Assembly (NCBI GenBank): GCA_907165135.1 | Contig: OU015569.1 | Location: 9,052,001-9,116,000, forward strand | Source of the DNA: Oikopleura dioica | Taxonomy: Eukaryota > Animalia > Chordata | Length of the DNA stretch: 64,000 bases | Direction: 5' to 3' | Part shown: positions 51,091 through 62,405 of the stretch, piece by piece | Layout: the number at the start of each line of letters is the position of its first letter | How positions within the stretch are numbered: the first letter of the stretch is position 1 | Made by a program: the position numbers and the translations under genes | Notes under the pieces: model-generated | Told to the model about the DNA's origin: nothing | Databases searched by the model: none | What the model saw: only the letters and a program-made list of their open reading frames with translations

Positions 51091-51539
51091 CTGTTCCTCT
51101 TCGTTTGGAAACGCGACTAGAAATCCGTTAAATTCGTAGAATTTGAAGAGAAAGAGAAGCGGATCTTTCGCTGATCGAATATGAGGTGAAGGTGCACTAA
51201 AAATCTACTCCCAGTCCAGATTAATTCCACAACGAAACCCATCACTATTAATTTAACCTTCGTTTAGCATTTCCGTTATAGAATCGCTCATTTCTTCTAT
51301 ATTTATCTGATTCATGCTACCTTATCATATTCTCATCGAACATACAAATTCAAGAAATTTAATTCTAGAAAGTCAAAATCTCTTTGAAACAAAGCTTACC
51401 TTTATTCTTCGATTCTTCTTTGCTGAGAGAGAGAGTCTACAAGCTAGTAATTGTAGATTTACTAAAGTTAATCTTCTATTTGTTCTCTAGAATCTCTAGT
51501 TGTTGCTCGCTTTAGTTTCGCTTTTTTTCGATTTTCTGG

Positions 51540-51640
51540 AAAAGGCGCGTTTTGCGCTTTGCTCAAGTCGAGCGCTAATGGCCAAGAGCGCGCTAGGCCA
51601 ATCGCGCGCCGCTCGAAGCCAACTCCAATTGACCTTCCCT
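51540..51640 (-). promoter_or_regulatory. Candidate promoter of the RNF4-like gene cluster
   Basis: GC-rich island with CCAAT/ATTGG boxes and GCGCGC/GGCGCG E2F-like sites, upstream of a 5'UTR exon ending AAAG|GTAAGC at about 51400. Confidence 0.4.
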
Positions 51641-52435
51641 TTTCCTTTTCCCTGAGAACATTCACACTATCTACAGAACAATTTTGCCACTAGTGTCCCT
51701 GCAATTAGCTTTTTCTTGAAATCTTAAAATTTTCTATATAATTTATTTAACTTACGAAGTACCTAATTCATTAACCAGCTAAGGATAATCTCTTCCGTAG
51801 TTACTGTAAATTCAATTGTAAACTCTGTCTTTTGCTTTGTTCATCGCCCATTTTTCCTTCGTCTATTCAAAGTCTGAATTTCAGACTCTGAAACCTCCCA
51901 AAAAAGACCTCGGCTTTTATTGACTTGAGCTCGCGATTTCGAGCCGTTTCGAGCCAAACCGCTGTTTTGCAAAAATTAGAAAATTCAAAATAAGTTATAT
52001 CCGAACACATCGGATTTTCAAATGAAATGATTTGATTCGCTGCTTTGGAAAAACTAACGACTCGAATTTTCACTTTTCGTTTTTACGAAGTCGAGTTTCG
52101 GAGACAAAAGAGATCATCTTTGAAACGAACAAAAGAGCGCTTTTCTTTTTGATAGATTTTAGATTTTGAACTTTGACGAATTCAAATTTGAGTAAAGAAA
52201 GAAGCATGAATACGCTTCCAATGAATGCCATTTTTCGACTGCGCAAATATTTGCGAATTTCTATCTGCGATGGGCGTTGAAAAAAACTAAAACCAACATT
52301 TCCATTTCAGAGACAGTTTTTTGCCAAATTACTCTACAGAAAGCGACACATTCGTTGAACACGGTTTCAAAATTATTTTTAAAAAACAGTACTCATTTTG
52401 CCAACTTTTCAATTTCCATGTTTTCGCTTCTTAGA

Positions 52436-55400
52436 ATGTTTCGTCTGACATCTCGAGCGAGCAGCAGATCAGCTTGTAGTTCGGTCGAAGCGCGACTTGA
52501 AAAGCTCAAGGGAGGATCGGTCGACTTCCAAGTCAACAAGAACATCGGTTACATCAGGTTCTTAGACAACCCCTTTTTCAGTCTTTTCAATTGCTTTCGA
52601 TTCAGGATTAACAACCCGAAGAAATTCAACGCTCTCACTGGCAGGAATGGGTTCGAACGAAGAATTCTGCTCTGGAAGAAATTAAAAAATGGAACCCGAA
52701 AAGTATGATGCTCGATTTGGCGCGAGTACTCGACGAGGTGGACAAATTCGACGGAACTGGCATCGTCCTCACTGGAGAAGGAAAAGCATTTTGTGCTGGA
52801 TCCGACTTAAGAAACGGTTTCTAGGGCAGTCGAATCAGCCAACCCACCGGGCAGTTGATATTTTTTTTTTTTTTGCTTTATTGAAGATGAATTTCGCGGT
52901 AGAATTTTTTAATCCGATTTTATTCACAACGGTTTTTCCATTATTTTCAAATCGAGTAAATTTATTTATCCGTTTCTCAGTTTTTATTTAAAAAAATGGG
53001 ATTATCACAAAAAACACTCCCTTAAAATGAAACTACTCGGCACTAGTCTAGGCAGTCGATTTTCACGTGAGCTTGAATAATTACGTACTAGCCCTGATTT
53101 AGCACAGTTACTATTTTCAGAGTCAATTTTTGTAGAACTGATCTAGCAGCGCAAAAACGGCTAAAATGAAACCTTTTGTAAAGTTGCCTTTCGGAATTCG
53201 GGCAAGGCTTCGAAAGTTCATCCCTTGCGAATCTTTTTATTAAGTACCCCAGAAGATGGCGTTAAAATGGCTCAATTTATGCATGCGGCAACGAATCGGT
53301 TGTATTCGAATGACAATCAACTCACAGTTTCTTTTATTAATGGTCCAGCATTCGGGGGCGGCTCTGAGTTAGCGACAGGGAACGTTTGGATAGAGTCGAG
53401 TACCTCCCTGGAACTCGACCAGACATAAGACAAAAACATTAACGCGAAAATAGAGAAGGCAACTTTTCCGAAACGCCCCAACAGCCACCGATTTGAGAAT
53501 AGCCGCTCCAGAAGCAAAGGTTTCATTTAACGTTCGATTAAAACATCTTTGAAAACTGATGCTTTAGTTGGCCACTGTTCACAAGAACCTCGCCCTTCAG
53601 GAGCGAATCTCAATTTTCGAAATTTTCGTGTGTTTTTATATCCCTTTTTTCGTGGAATCAGTTAATAATTGTAGTTATCTTTGTTTACAATTAATGACGG
53701 CGCAAGAATAAGCTTAGACTGTCTTGTCTGCCCTCTTCTGAATTCATTTAGGCAAGAGTGAGACTATCAGCAGACACTCGGATATTAAACCGCGCCAGAC
53801 ATTTTTCTTTCTCCGGCGAATTAGAAATGTTGCATCGGAGTGTTCGGTAGAGATTCGTGTTCACAGCCAGGCTGGGCTGGTGCTACTCGTCTTGTTAGGT
53901 TCCGTGTTCAATCATTAATGATTCAGTCAGCCACTTAGAAACACTGACTTGGAGCTTGATGAATTATACATTTTCTAAATTGAATTTTTCTTTAGTTAAG
54001 AGTATTTCACCGATCAACAAGTCAGCCTGATCGACAGAAAGAGAGCTCAGCTATGAATCATGATTAACAGGCTGGTCGGCGCTCAGAACGCGCTATACAT
54101 GCTCAGCACCGCCAAAGTCTTCAACGCACAGGAATTAGTTGATATTGGCTTTTGTGTCCCAGAGATTATCGAAGATATTGAAGTCAAGGATTAAATTATG
54201 TTTTTCCAATGACCCGAAAGGCTTTCTAGAATCGATTTAGTTTTCTTGGAGGGCTACTCTGTTCGTTCTTTTTTTACTGTTCTCTCACGGGCTCTACTTG
54301 TCGCAAAGGTATTTAATTATAAATCAACTTTCGAGTTCATAGCCTAGCGCCGGGCTGGATCATATTTTAGTCACGGCCAATTTCAATAAGGAATCCAAAT
54401 TCCAAATCCTAACCCCCCATGTTTTTGTGCTCGTTGGAAAGAGCGTAAAAAGTTACGTCAGAAAAAAATAGTTTTAGAGGCTGAGTCATCATTGATGACG
54501 TCATGGCGGCTGGTTGAAGTTCCAAAAGTCCCAAAAGTTTGATACGCTCTCATTTTTTTTTCCACAAATGGAAAATTTGAGTTCAATACTGGAAAATGAT
54601 CGCCTTGACCTACTCTAGGTGAAGAGCTATATATGAAATATCCAACTCTAGAAAAAAAATTTTTTTTTTCGATTTTTTCAAAATTTCAACCTAAAAATGT
54701 TGAATTGCAATAGAATACTTCCAAATAATGAAATAAAGCATTTAAATTTGTTTCCTGGTCACAAAAATGATCATTCAAGGTCATCCGGGGTCATTTGAGG
54801 TCACAAATCAAAATAAAATTTTGCGCATTTTTGACTTTTTAACAAAAAATGCGCGCAAAAATCTAGGTAAGAGTATTTATTCAAGTGGGTGAAACTCGGC
54901 CTGATTGCCGGAGATTTCGTAGGAAACGCATTTTGAACAGAAGTCTGCAGCAGAGAAGAGACAAGAATCGCATAAATCTGGACAGACAGTATTGCTTATA
55001 TTATACAAGTAGTAGCTGCCGGATCGCTTTTCTTCGACCTTTGCCTTGATCATACGGATACTTCTTTGTCCAGTAATTATTTTCGATCCGTCGCTGCCCT
55101 TTTTCGAAAGCTTTCCCATATTCATAAAGAGATTGTCATGTACCATCATAATGCGCAAGTCTGTTGGAAGCGGGATATGAGCAAAGCAATGAAAGATGCC
55201 ATTCGGATCGACCATGTTAGCAGTCAGTCGTTCACCGAGAGAAGGAAGATAATCGCCGAGGCCAATAGCAGGAATACATTTCCCATTGAGCTCGTCGCGC
55301 TTCATCATTGTTTTCGCATGCCCTCCAACACCATCGATCTTCGATCAAGTTCAATAAATAGAGGAATGTGTTGATCCCTTACCGTGCTTTTCCCGTGGCG

Positions 55401-58400
55401 ACTTTGTTTGAAAACTTTGCATACGGGAAGGCCCCATCCATCCTCGTCAGACACATCAGAAAGTACTTTCCACGATCGATAATCCTACATATGATGTAAA
55501 CAAACTGCGCCGAATTCTTCATTACGCGCAAAATTATAATTTTGCGCAGATTTTTATTCTGCGCAAATTTTTGAATAACAAAACTTACGACAGCCTGGTC
55601 GCTCATGAGAATCGCACGTTCGTAGCCCTCGAAAACTTCATTGTCCTCGATGTATTTTAAGCATTTCTGGAAGTGAAGCTTTACAATATGTCCGCCCTTT
55701 TTCGAATAAGCATTGCTGTCGTCTTTCCAATACATCAAGCAGGAATTGAATCTTCTTCTCGTTAGTTTACCATCGAGCATAAAATATCCCCAAATGGTGA
55801 AACAATGGATGACAAGCTCGTCGTTGTTACCGCGAAGCGCGTTCTAAAAAATCATAATTTTGCGCAAAGATGGAGGGCGAATTCACATTTTGGGTGACCG
55901 TTCCACCAGTTTTCCCGGCACTGTATTCTCCACTGAAATCGCATTCACAGATCAAAGCGGTTGGAGGATGGATTATTCCGCGTCTCAATTTTGTGCAAAG
56001 ATGGCCTGTATGTCGCGTCTCATTATGATGAAAAAGATCGTTCTTGCAACGTTGCGCAGCCTCAATCAGTAGTTCCTGAAATCGAATAAAATTTTGCGCA
56101 TTTTTTCATTACAAACTTTTGCGGAAAGTGTTTTGGTTTGCGCAATGTTTTTGAGAATTCTCCTCTCATTGTCTCTTTTCCTTGCAAGATCAGCCATCAC
56201 TTTGACATAAAACTTCGGCAAGACATCGGTTGACGTGTCTTCCATGATGTCTTTGATCTTCTTATATTTTTCTGAAAGCGCAACGTTGATTTCGGCTTTT
56301 GAGTTGGGACCATGAGAGCAGCTAAATTTTGCGCAAGCATCATCGAACACTCCTAATGAAGGATACAGCGGATCGTCACAGCCTTTAACCTCCATGAGGA
56401 ATACGATGACTTCCTCAATTGAAAGATTGCGTTCCGTGATCTTCAGAAGGAATAAGAGATCGGCAACTTAAAATCAATTATGGAAATTTTGCTTAAAAAT
56501 TCAATATCTTTACCTCTAGACAATGTGTTTCGCAAAGAAAAACAGGGTGCGCATAAGCACGAATATTCATCTTTGACTTTTGGTTCAACAAAAAGAGGCG
56601 GAATGAGCTGTTTGAACTGAAATGCAGAGATTTGAGGCTTTCCGTCTCTGCATCTCTCCTTGTTGAATTCTTCGCAAAGCAAAGAGAATTTGTTGTGCGC
56701 TAACCTCCGATCGCAGCGAAATTTCTTTTTGACAGGCTTTGAATAATTTTGCGCATTTCCTGGCTCTTCCGCTTCTGCTCCCGGCTCGTCTTCCGCAAGG
56801 TTTTGCCGCTCATCTTCTGGCTCTTCATGCGCAAAATTTTGCGCGTCTTCATCCAACGCCTCATCCTCTGGCTCTCTTTGCGCAAAATTTTGCGCGTAAT
56901 CATCGATCGGCTCATCTTCTGGCTCTCTTTGAGCAAAATTTTGCGCGTCTTCATCGAGCGGCGGTTGATTGTTCTCGTCGTTGTTGTCATCGGCTTCTTC
57001 TGGACTTGCAACTTCAAACTGTACTACTGAGTAAAGCTTGTGGTTTTCTTCTGACATGAAGACGCGAAAGAAGTTTTCCGATGTTTTCTTCCGGAGACGC
57101 TGCTCATAGAACTCAAATATATCCGTCTCCGGCGCTTCATCGGAGTGGAAATATAAGTACTGAAGGACAGAAGAGATATCTTCATCGGTGACTCCGCGCA
57201 TTATTTTTCCGTGTTGGTCTGCTTCTTCATCGGCAATTTCATATATCTGTTTTTCTTTCAGAAGAAGCGCCTCTTCGATGTGATGAACTGTCATGGTCTG
57301 AGGATGTTTTGGCTCTTTAAAAGGCTCTGATAGATTATTGAAGAATTTAACGAATCGGTTTTGAGTTTTTCGATCAACGCCAAACATGAATGACTCGGGA
57401 AGCACGCACGCTAAAGCTTGAATTTTCATCTTGTGGGGGATGTGGAACCAATGTTGCGCAAAATTTGAGTTGAAGCTGTTCTCCGGGACTTCACTTTTTC
57501 GTTCGTTGTAAATAGCTAACATTGCTTTGCTCAGTTCTGCTGAAGCTTCGCCGAATTCCTTGTCCTTAATTTTGCGCATTCGTTTCACCATGTTCTCAAT
57601 CGACTCCCGAGTTTCATTTAAGCTTTCTTCGCGAGCATATTCGTCATCAGAAGGATCACTCGGCTTAGAGACACTCGACCCATCTGTTGATTGTGAGCTG
57701 TTTGTTGAGGAACTCTGATGACCAGCGTCATGATCAATTTCGACTCCTAAGTTAATTTTGAATTTCTGAGACTCCGAAAAATCGCTGTAACAAAAATTTT
57801 GCGCGTTTTAAAAAAATGCGCAAAGTTTTCAGTTTACCTTCCAGTCCGTCGCGAAGGCTCTGTTGGGACTCAGCTTGCTCTTGCGAATTTCTTTTGCTTT
57901 CTTCTATAATTTCTGTTGCCGGATCACAGAAAAGATAGTGAAGAAGAAGCTCATCGGAATCCTTGAAATTCTTTTCAGCGCAAAACGAGCAGTCAGGACC
58001 AAGTTGAAACGACGCGTGATTCTCTAACACTTGCTTCTTCGAATGGACTTCCTCCAATCTGCCGAAGATATCAGCAACTGCGATGCATTGATTGTAGTGT
58101 GTTCTGACTCTTAATTTTCGCGCACGAGTGACTTTCTCTTTAGAACTTCCTATGTTATCGTTGCATAAAAAGCATTTATGATAGAGCCTTGTGGATTTGT
58201 TTATGTCCCGATGAAGAGTAAATTTTCTCAGCGACTCATCATTTTCAAAAGGGTATTCAAGCATTCTATAACATTTTAATAACTATCTCTGATAATTAAA
58301 TAACAGAATAAAAATATAAAAAGGAAAAATAAATTTGCGCAAAATTTTCTCTGTCGAATTGTCCTCAATAGTGATCTGACTCTTCGAAATGCGAGCAATG

Positions 58401-59335
58401 TCCGCTCTTATCAGCGCGCATTATTGGTCGGCGGCTTGCGCAAAATGAATCATCAGGTTTCGCCTGGAGCAAAGCATAAATCTACCCCGAGAAATGCGCA
58501 GAATTTCTCAAAAATAGAAAAATGCGCAAAATTTTATTTTGATTTGTGACCTCAAATGACCCCGGATGACCTTAAATGATCTAGAGTTTGATCTTTCATA
58601 TATAGCTCTTCACCTAGAGTAGGTCAAGGCGATCATTTTCCAGTATTGAACTCAAATTTTCCATTTGTGGAAAAAAAATGAGAGCGTATCAAACTTTTGG
58701 GACTTTTGGAACTTCAACCAGCCGCCATGACGTCATCAATGATGACTCAGCCTCTAAAACTATTTTTTTCTGACGTAACTTTTTCCGCTCTTTCCAACGA
58801 GCACAAAAACATGGGGGGTTAGGATTTGGAATTTGGATTCCTTATTGAAATTGGCCCACAGAATCGAAATAAAGTACATCACGTGATAGACAGTATTGAC
58901 GTAACATCTATCTAGAGAAGCAACACTTTTAATCCTAAAATCCAGAATGGTCAGAAAGACACTTGTCTTCAGTGGATAGGGAAGGGGTCTCCGAGTCTGA
59001 TACTTTTATTTTGACTTTAGCTGGATAATTAATGAAGCCGTTAGTTATTGCAGACTCTCATTAGAAATGTTATTCGTGTGATGAAGTCTAATGCCAGAAA
59101 TGCTGTTACGGTGGGCTGGCTACTCACTGATGAAATAATAATTTATTTAGCTTTCCCTTGATGATGCATTTGGCGAAGAAAAGGGAAAGGGGAGTGAATT
59201 TTATTGCATTTTGCATTTGCGCTAGACGAGAAAATTTCACGACCACGATTCAAGAGAAACTTTGGCAGACTTATTGGACAGCCAGCAAACGTAGAAGCGA
59301 TCGCTGCCTTGAAAAGAAAACTCGAGAGGGATTGA
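52436..59335 (+). CDS. ECHDC1: Ethylmalonyl-CoA decarboxylase / enoyl-CoA hydratase domain protein 1
   Basis: NNPKKFNALTGSMMLDL, FCAGSDL, GPAFGGGSELATATDLRIA and VHKNLALQPGWAGATRLV. After the transposon the gene continues CLQWIGK / NVIRVMKS / LSLDDAFGEEK / RNFGRLIGQPANVEAIA, matching the ECHDC1 end GGPANLEAIA. Confidence 0.8.
54375..54652 (+). repeat. Left terminal inverted repeat
   Basis: Reverse complement of 58580-58856. A further segment at about 54768-54830 pairs with about 58518-58581. Confidence 0.95.
54877..58264 (-). CDS. 1005-aa DDD transposase (Sola-like) with two N-terminal C2HC zinc fingers
   Basis: Exons 57838-58264, 56514-57746, 56117-56466, 55887-56075, 55589-55843, 55383-55484 and 54877-55338 (3018 nt); six GT-AG introns, all phases compatible, no internal stop. 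Motifs: FKQLIPP...SCLCAPC, ECDFSGEY, ILMSDQAVDYRS and SRHGKSTIDGVGGHAK. Confidence 0.85.
56790..56965 (-). repeat. Coding tandem repeat (~51 nt unit, about 3.5 copies) in the transposase
   Basis: Encodes (P/A)LDEDAQNFAQREPEDE-like units; each unit contains GCGCAAAATTTTGCGC or a close variant. Confidence 0.85.
58580..58856 (-). repeat. Right terminal inverted repeat
   Basis: Reverse complement of 54375-54652. Confidence 0.95.
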
Positions 59336-59427
59336 CTGTTCGTTTCTGTTTGATTTTGCGACTGAAAACGCTCCGATTCTAACGCGTTTCTTATTTAGAT
59401 GTACTGAGACTAAAGAAAAGGAACAAA

Positions 59428-62405
59428 ATGGATCGTGAAGAAAACACTTTATTAACGCCTCTCAACACAGCGAAGCCCGCTCTTGTGCCTGGTAAATGAT
59501 CGGAATAAAAACAAGAAGCATTTATAGCGGATTTAGGTCTCTCCGCACATGGACTTTCCGCATTCAACCCATTTGGCATTTCCTCGTTGACAGAAAGGAC
59601 GCTCTCCTCTGATTTGGGCTTGATGAATGGCACCAGTGCTTACTCGCCGTCTAGTTCGCCCAGTCCCTCCAATGCCATCGGCGCAAGCTGGCCAAAGCAC
59701 AGGCAATCGCCCCAGAGTGTCCCACCGCGAGATCTTTTCACCAGTAAAAGCTCCACTCTTCCATGGGCCAGCCCTGTCCCACCTAATCATCATGATTTAA
59801 ACGGGACTACAGGAATGCGATGAAAGAACAATTAGTAGCTAATATGATAATATTGTTCGTTGAATGGAAGTTCATTATTTTTCTAATCGTCTAAAAAGGA
59901 CAGTTTGAAGCGCCCCTACCGCAGACCCCGCAGACGCTTGATATGATCGTTCTTCAACTAGAAAAATTTGGAATTCGTCTGACTCCTGAGCAGAAAATGT
60001 TGAAAGAACAATATGGGAAACGCGCTGCCGAATCTTTCAAGCATCACTCGCCCATGTCGCCAACTCTCGGCGAGTCTAGTTTCCTTGCTCCAAACTTGAA
60101 GCACATGGCAAGTCGATTTGATATATCCCCTATCTCGTATACTCAAGTATTAATGAACTTTAAACATAGAAATAGACAACGAATGTTTAGAACAACAAGA
60201 GCGACGGAGAAAGTATGTCAGTATTTCCTTCTGCACACGATTTTGACGGCTTTTCAAATGGCAACACATCTTATTCTGCTCCTGTCGAGAAACGAGGCAA
60301 ATCATCGTGGGATTCGGGGACTTCTTCTTCGATAGGGTCGCCCAACTCCAATCGCCCGGTTAAGCCAATTGGACCGATGAGTAACCGGCCAGCTGGATCT
60401 GGCTTTCCCTCACCCGGTTCTATTGGCCAGGATCGGCCGAAGCAAAAGCATGATCAATGGGGACTGAATATGGCAGATGAAGGGAGCACAGGCAAGCTTA
60501 CCGCATCATCAATCGCTAACTGCCGATTTTAGAAGATTTGTCGAATGTGAATTTCATCGGCGACAATTTACGACGCCGAGTAGAAAGCTTACTCGCTTCA
60601 GACGATCCGGATGAACTTGATTTCACGGAAGACATAAAAGACGCGAAGAAAAGACTTTCGGAACAAAAGTGGAATATCGAAAACTACGGTGCTGCTCGAG
60701 AATCGCCGCCTTCTACGACGCCACCATATCATCATCCACCACCTCCAAAAACTTTGAAGGATGTTATCGCCTCTAATAATACCGCATCATCTGAAAAACG
60801 TAACTTACATCTTTGCTCAATTCCTTTGCTAATTTTTTTAGCCTCTCCTGCTATTAAAGCCGACTCGAGAGAGAAGATCGCCGCCACCGTTGCTGAGCTT
60901 TCTCGTCGCGATTCTAGCGATCACCTTCAAGGCCACGAACTCATCCAGGCCGAGCAGACTGGAATTTTAAACGAAAAACTTGCGCAGGGCTTTAAATTCG
61001 CAAGAATTTGCTCTGTCTGTTTCCTTCAACGAAGGGTATTCACTTTCAAGGGAAAAGCGCTTGACTATCTTCTCGTAGGTTGGATTTGATGGATTCGACC
61101 ATCTCCCTCCTCCTGGACATCAGTGCGCGAAGAATGTCTTAGTTGTCCGCTCTAATGACTCTAAAATTTGGAAACGCGTGCGTAATATGCCTCATCATAT
61201 AGATTATCGTGGTCCTTTTCTTCTTTGCAGACACATATCACAGGTAGACGATTATGGCAGCTGCAGTGTCTCAGGGAGCCGCGTTTTAGAACGAGGCGTG
61301 TCCATATAACGACGCTTGTACATTTTGCTATAACGAAGAAGAGAAAGAAATTTGGTCTTATGAACGACGCGGCCTTTTCAACCGAACTCGTCTCTTCACC
61401 GACCCCGTTGTGGATCCTATCGCTCATTTCCTCCGCCAATACAGTGGCTTCTTCTTCACCTGCAACGGTTCACATCTCGACGATCCTAGTGCCTGTAATT
61501 GTACCGAAGAAACGGTAAGAACAAAAGGGAAAACGCAAACATTTAATTAATTGGTATAGCTCTACTATCAGTCAAATATGGGTCAGCGGCCAAATATCAT
61601 TCGGGACACACCCGATGGTAAAACTATGGAACTTTGTCGCTACTCGAGCACAAATAGATGTAACCGCGGCGATCACTGTTATTTTGCGCACAGGTACAAA
61701 CAAGCTACTGCAGCAGTGGATTTCCATGAACGATAAATTCAGTATGGTCGAATTGGATGCGTGGAGAATTTTCGTATCACACGGAGTTTTGCCTGATGAG
61801 ATTTTAGCCACCGCAAACAGCCTTCAGTCGCCCAATTCGGGCTCCCCTGCTCCCTTTTCTTCTACCTTTAATTTCAAGCACAAGTGGATCTGTTCGAGCT
61901 GCCACAAAAACGGGCAAACTGTAGAACGAAAAGGTAAAGCGCGCACAACTTCGGCCGATGATTTAAATTTTAGGAAAAACTAATTACTGTTCTCTTCCAC
62001 GAAATTCTCACAGTTGGAGGGACCCCTTATTATACGTCTATATTGGTAAGAAGCCGTAAACTTACGCTTGTCGGACACCTTTATTTCAGAAAAATGGTCG
62101 CTAGTGAGAGATTTATTAACGGTGTTCAATAAAAATAATGCAAATTTACCTTCCACATTCGTCGTTTGTAAAAATATTCGCGATAAAAGTCGGTGTGATT
62201 ATGGGTAAGTCCAGAGCGTTCCCTTCTTTCATGCTTACTTTTCTGTTCAGGGAAGTTTGTCAATTTTCGCATTCTGATGAAGAGTGCAAAGTTTGGAATT
62301 ATATGAAAGAAAACAATAGTAAGTGCAGTTTCAACAGAACCTGTCTAACCGTCTGTTTTAGTCAAAGGACTCAAAGATTTATATAAAAAAGTATCGAAGG
62401 TGTGA
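59428..62405 (+). CDS. ZC3H7A/B (RoXaN)-like CCCH zinc-finger RNA-binding protein; termini approximate
   Basis: CPYNDACTFCYNEEEKEIWSYERRGLFNRTRLF, CRYSSTNRCNRGDHCYFAHSMVELDAW, FNFKHKWICSSCHKNGQ and CDYGEVCQFSHSDEECKVWNYMKENN mirror the ZC3H7 repeat organisation. Confidence 0.8.

Larger units (their letters stand above)
54375..58856. mobile_element. Apparently autonomous 4482-bp cut-and-paste DNA transposon (Sola-like transposase) in an ECHDC1 intron
   Basis: About 278-bp TIRs starting GGCCAATTTC, differing only by a few substitutions and one homopolymer length; CAC direct repeat at 54372-54374 and 58857-58859; one internal gene. Confidence 0.92.

Noticed and set aside
52820-53110. Repeated CTAGG(G)CAGTCGA in a long ECHDC1 intron as a possible MITE
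   Set aside because: Could not define matching TIRs or a TSD.
58860-58875. AATAAA right after the transposon, suggesting the element displaced the ECHDC1 polyA signal or hit its last exon
   Set aside because: Four further ECHDC1-like coding exons lie at 58946-59335, so the insertion is intronic.
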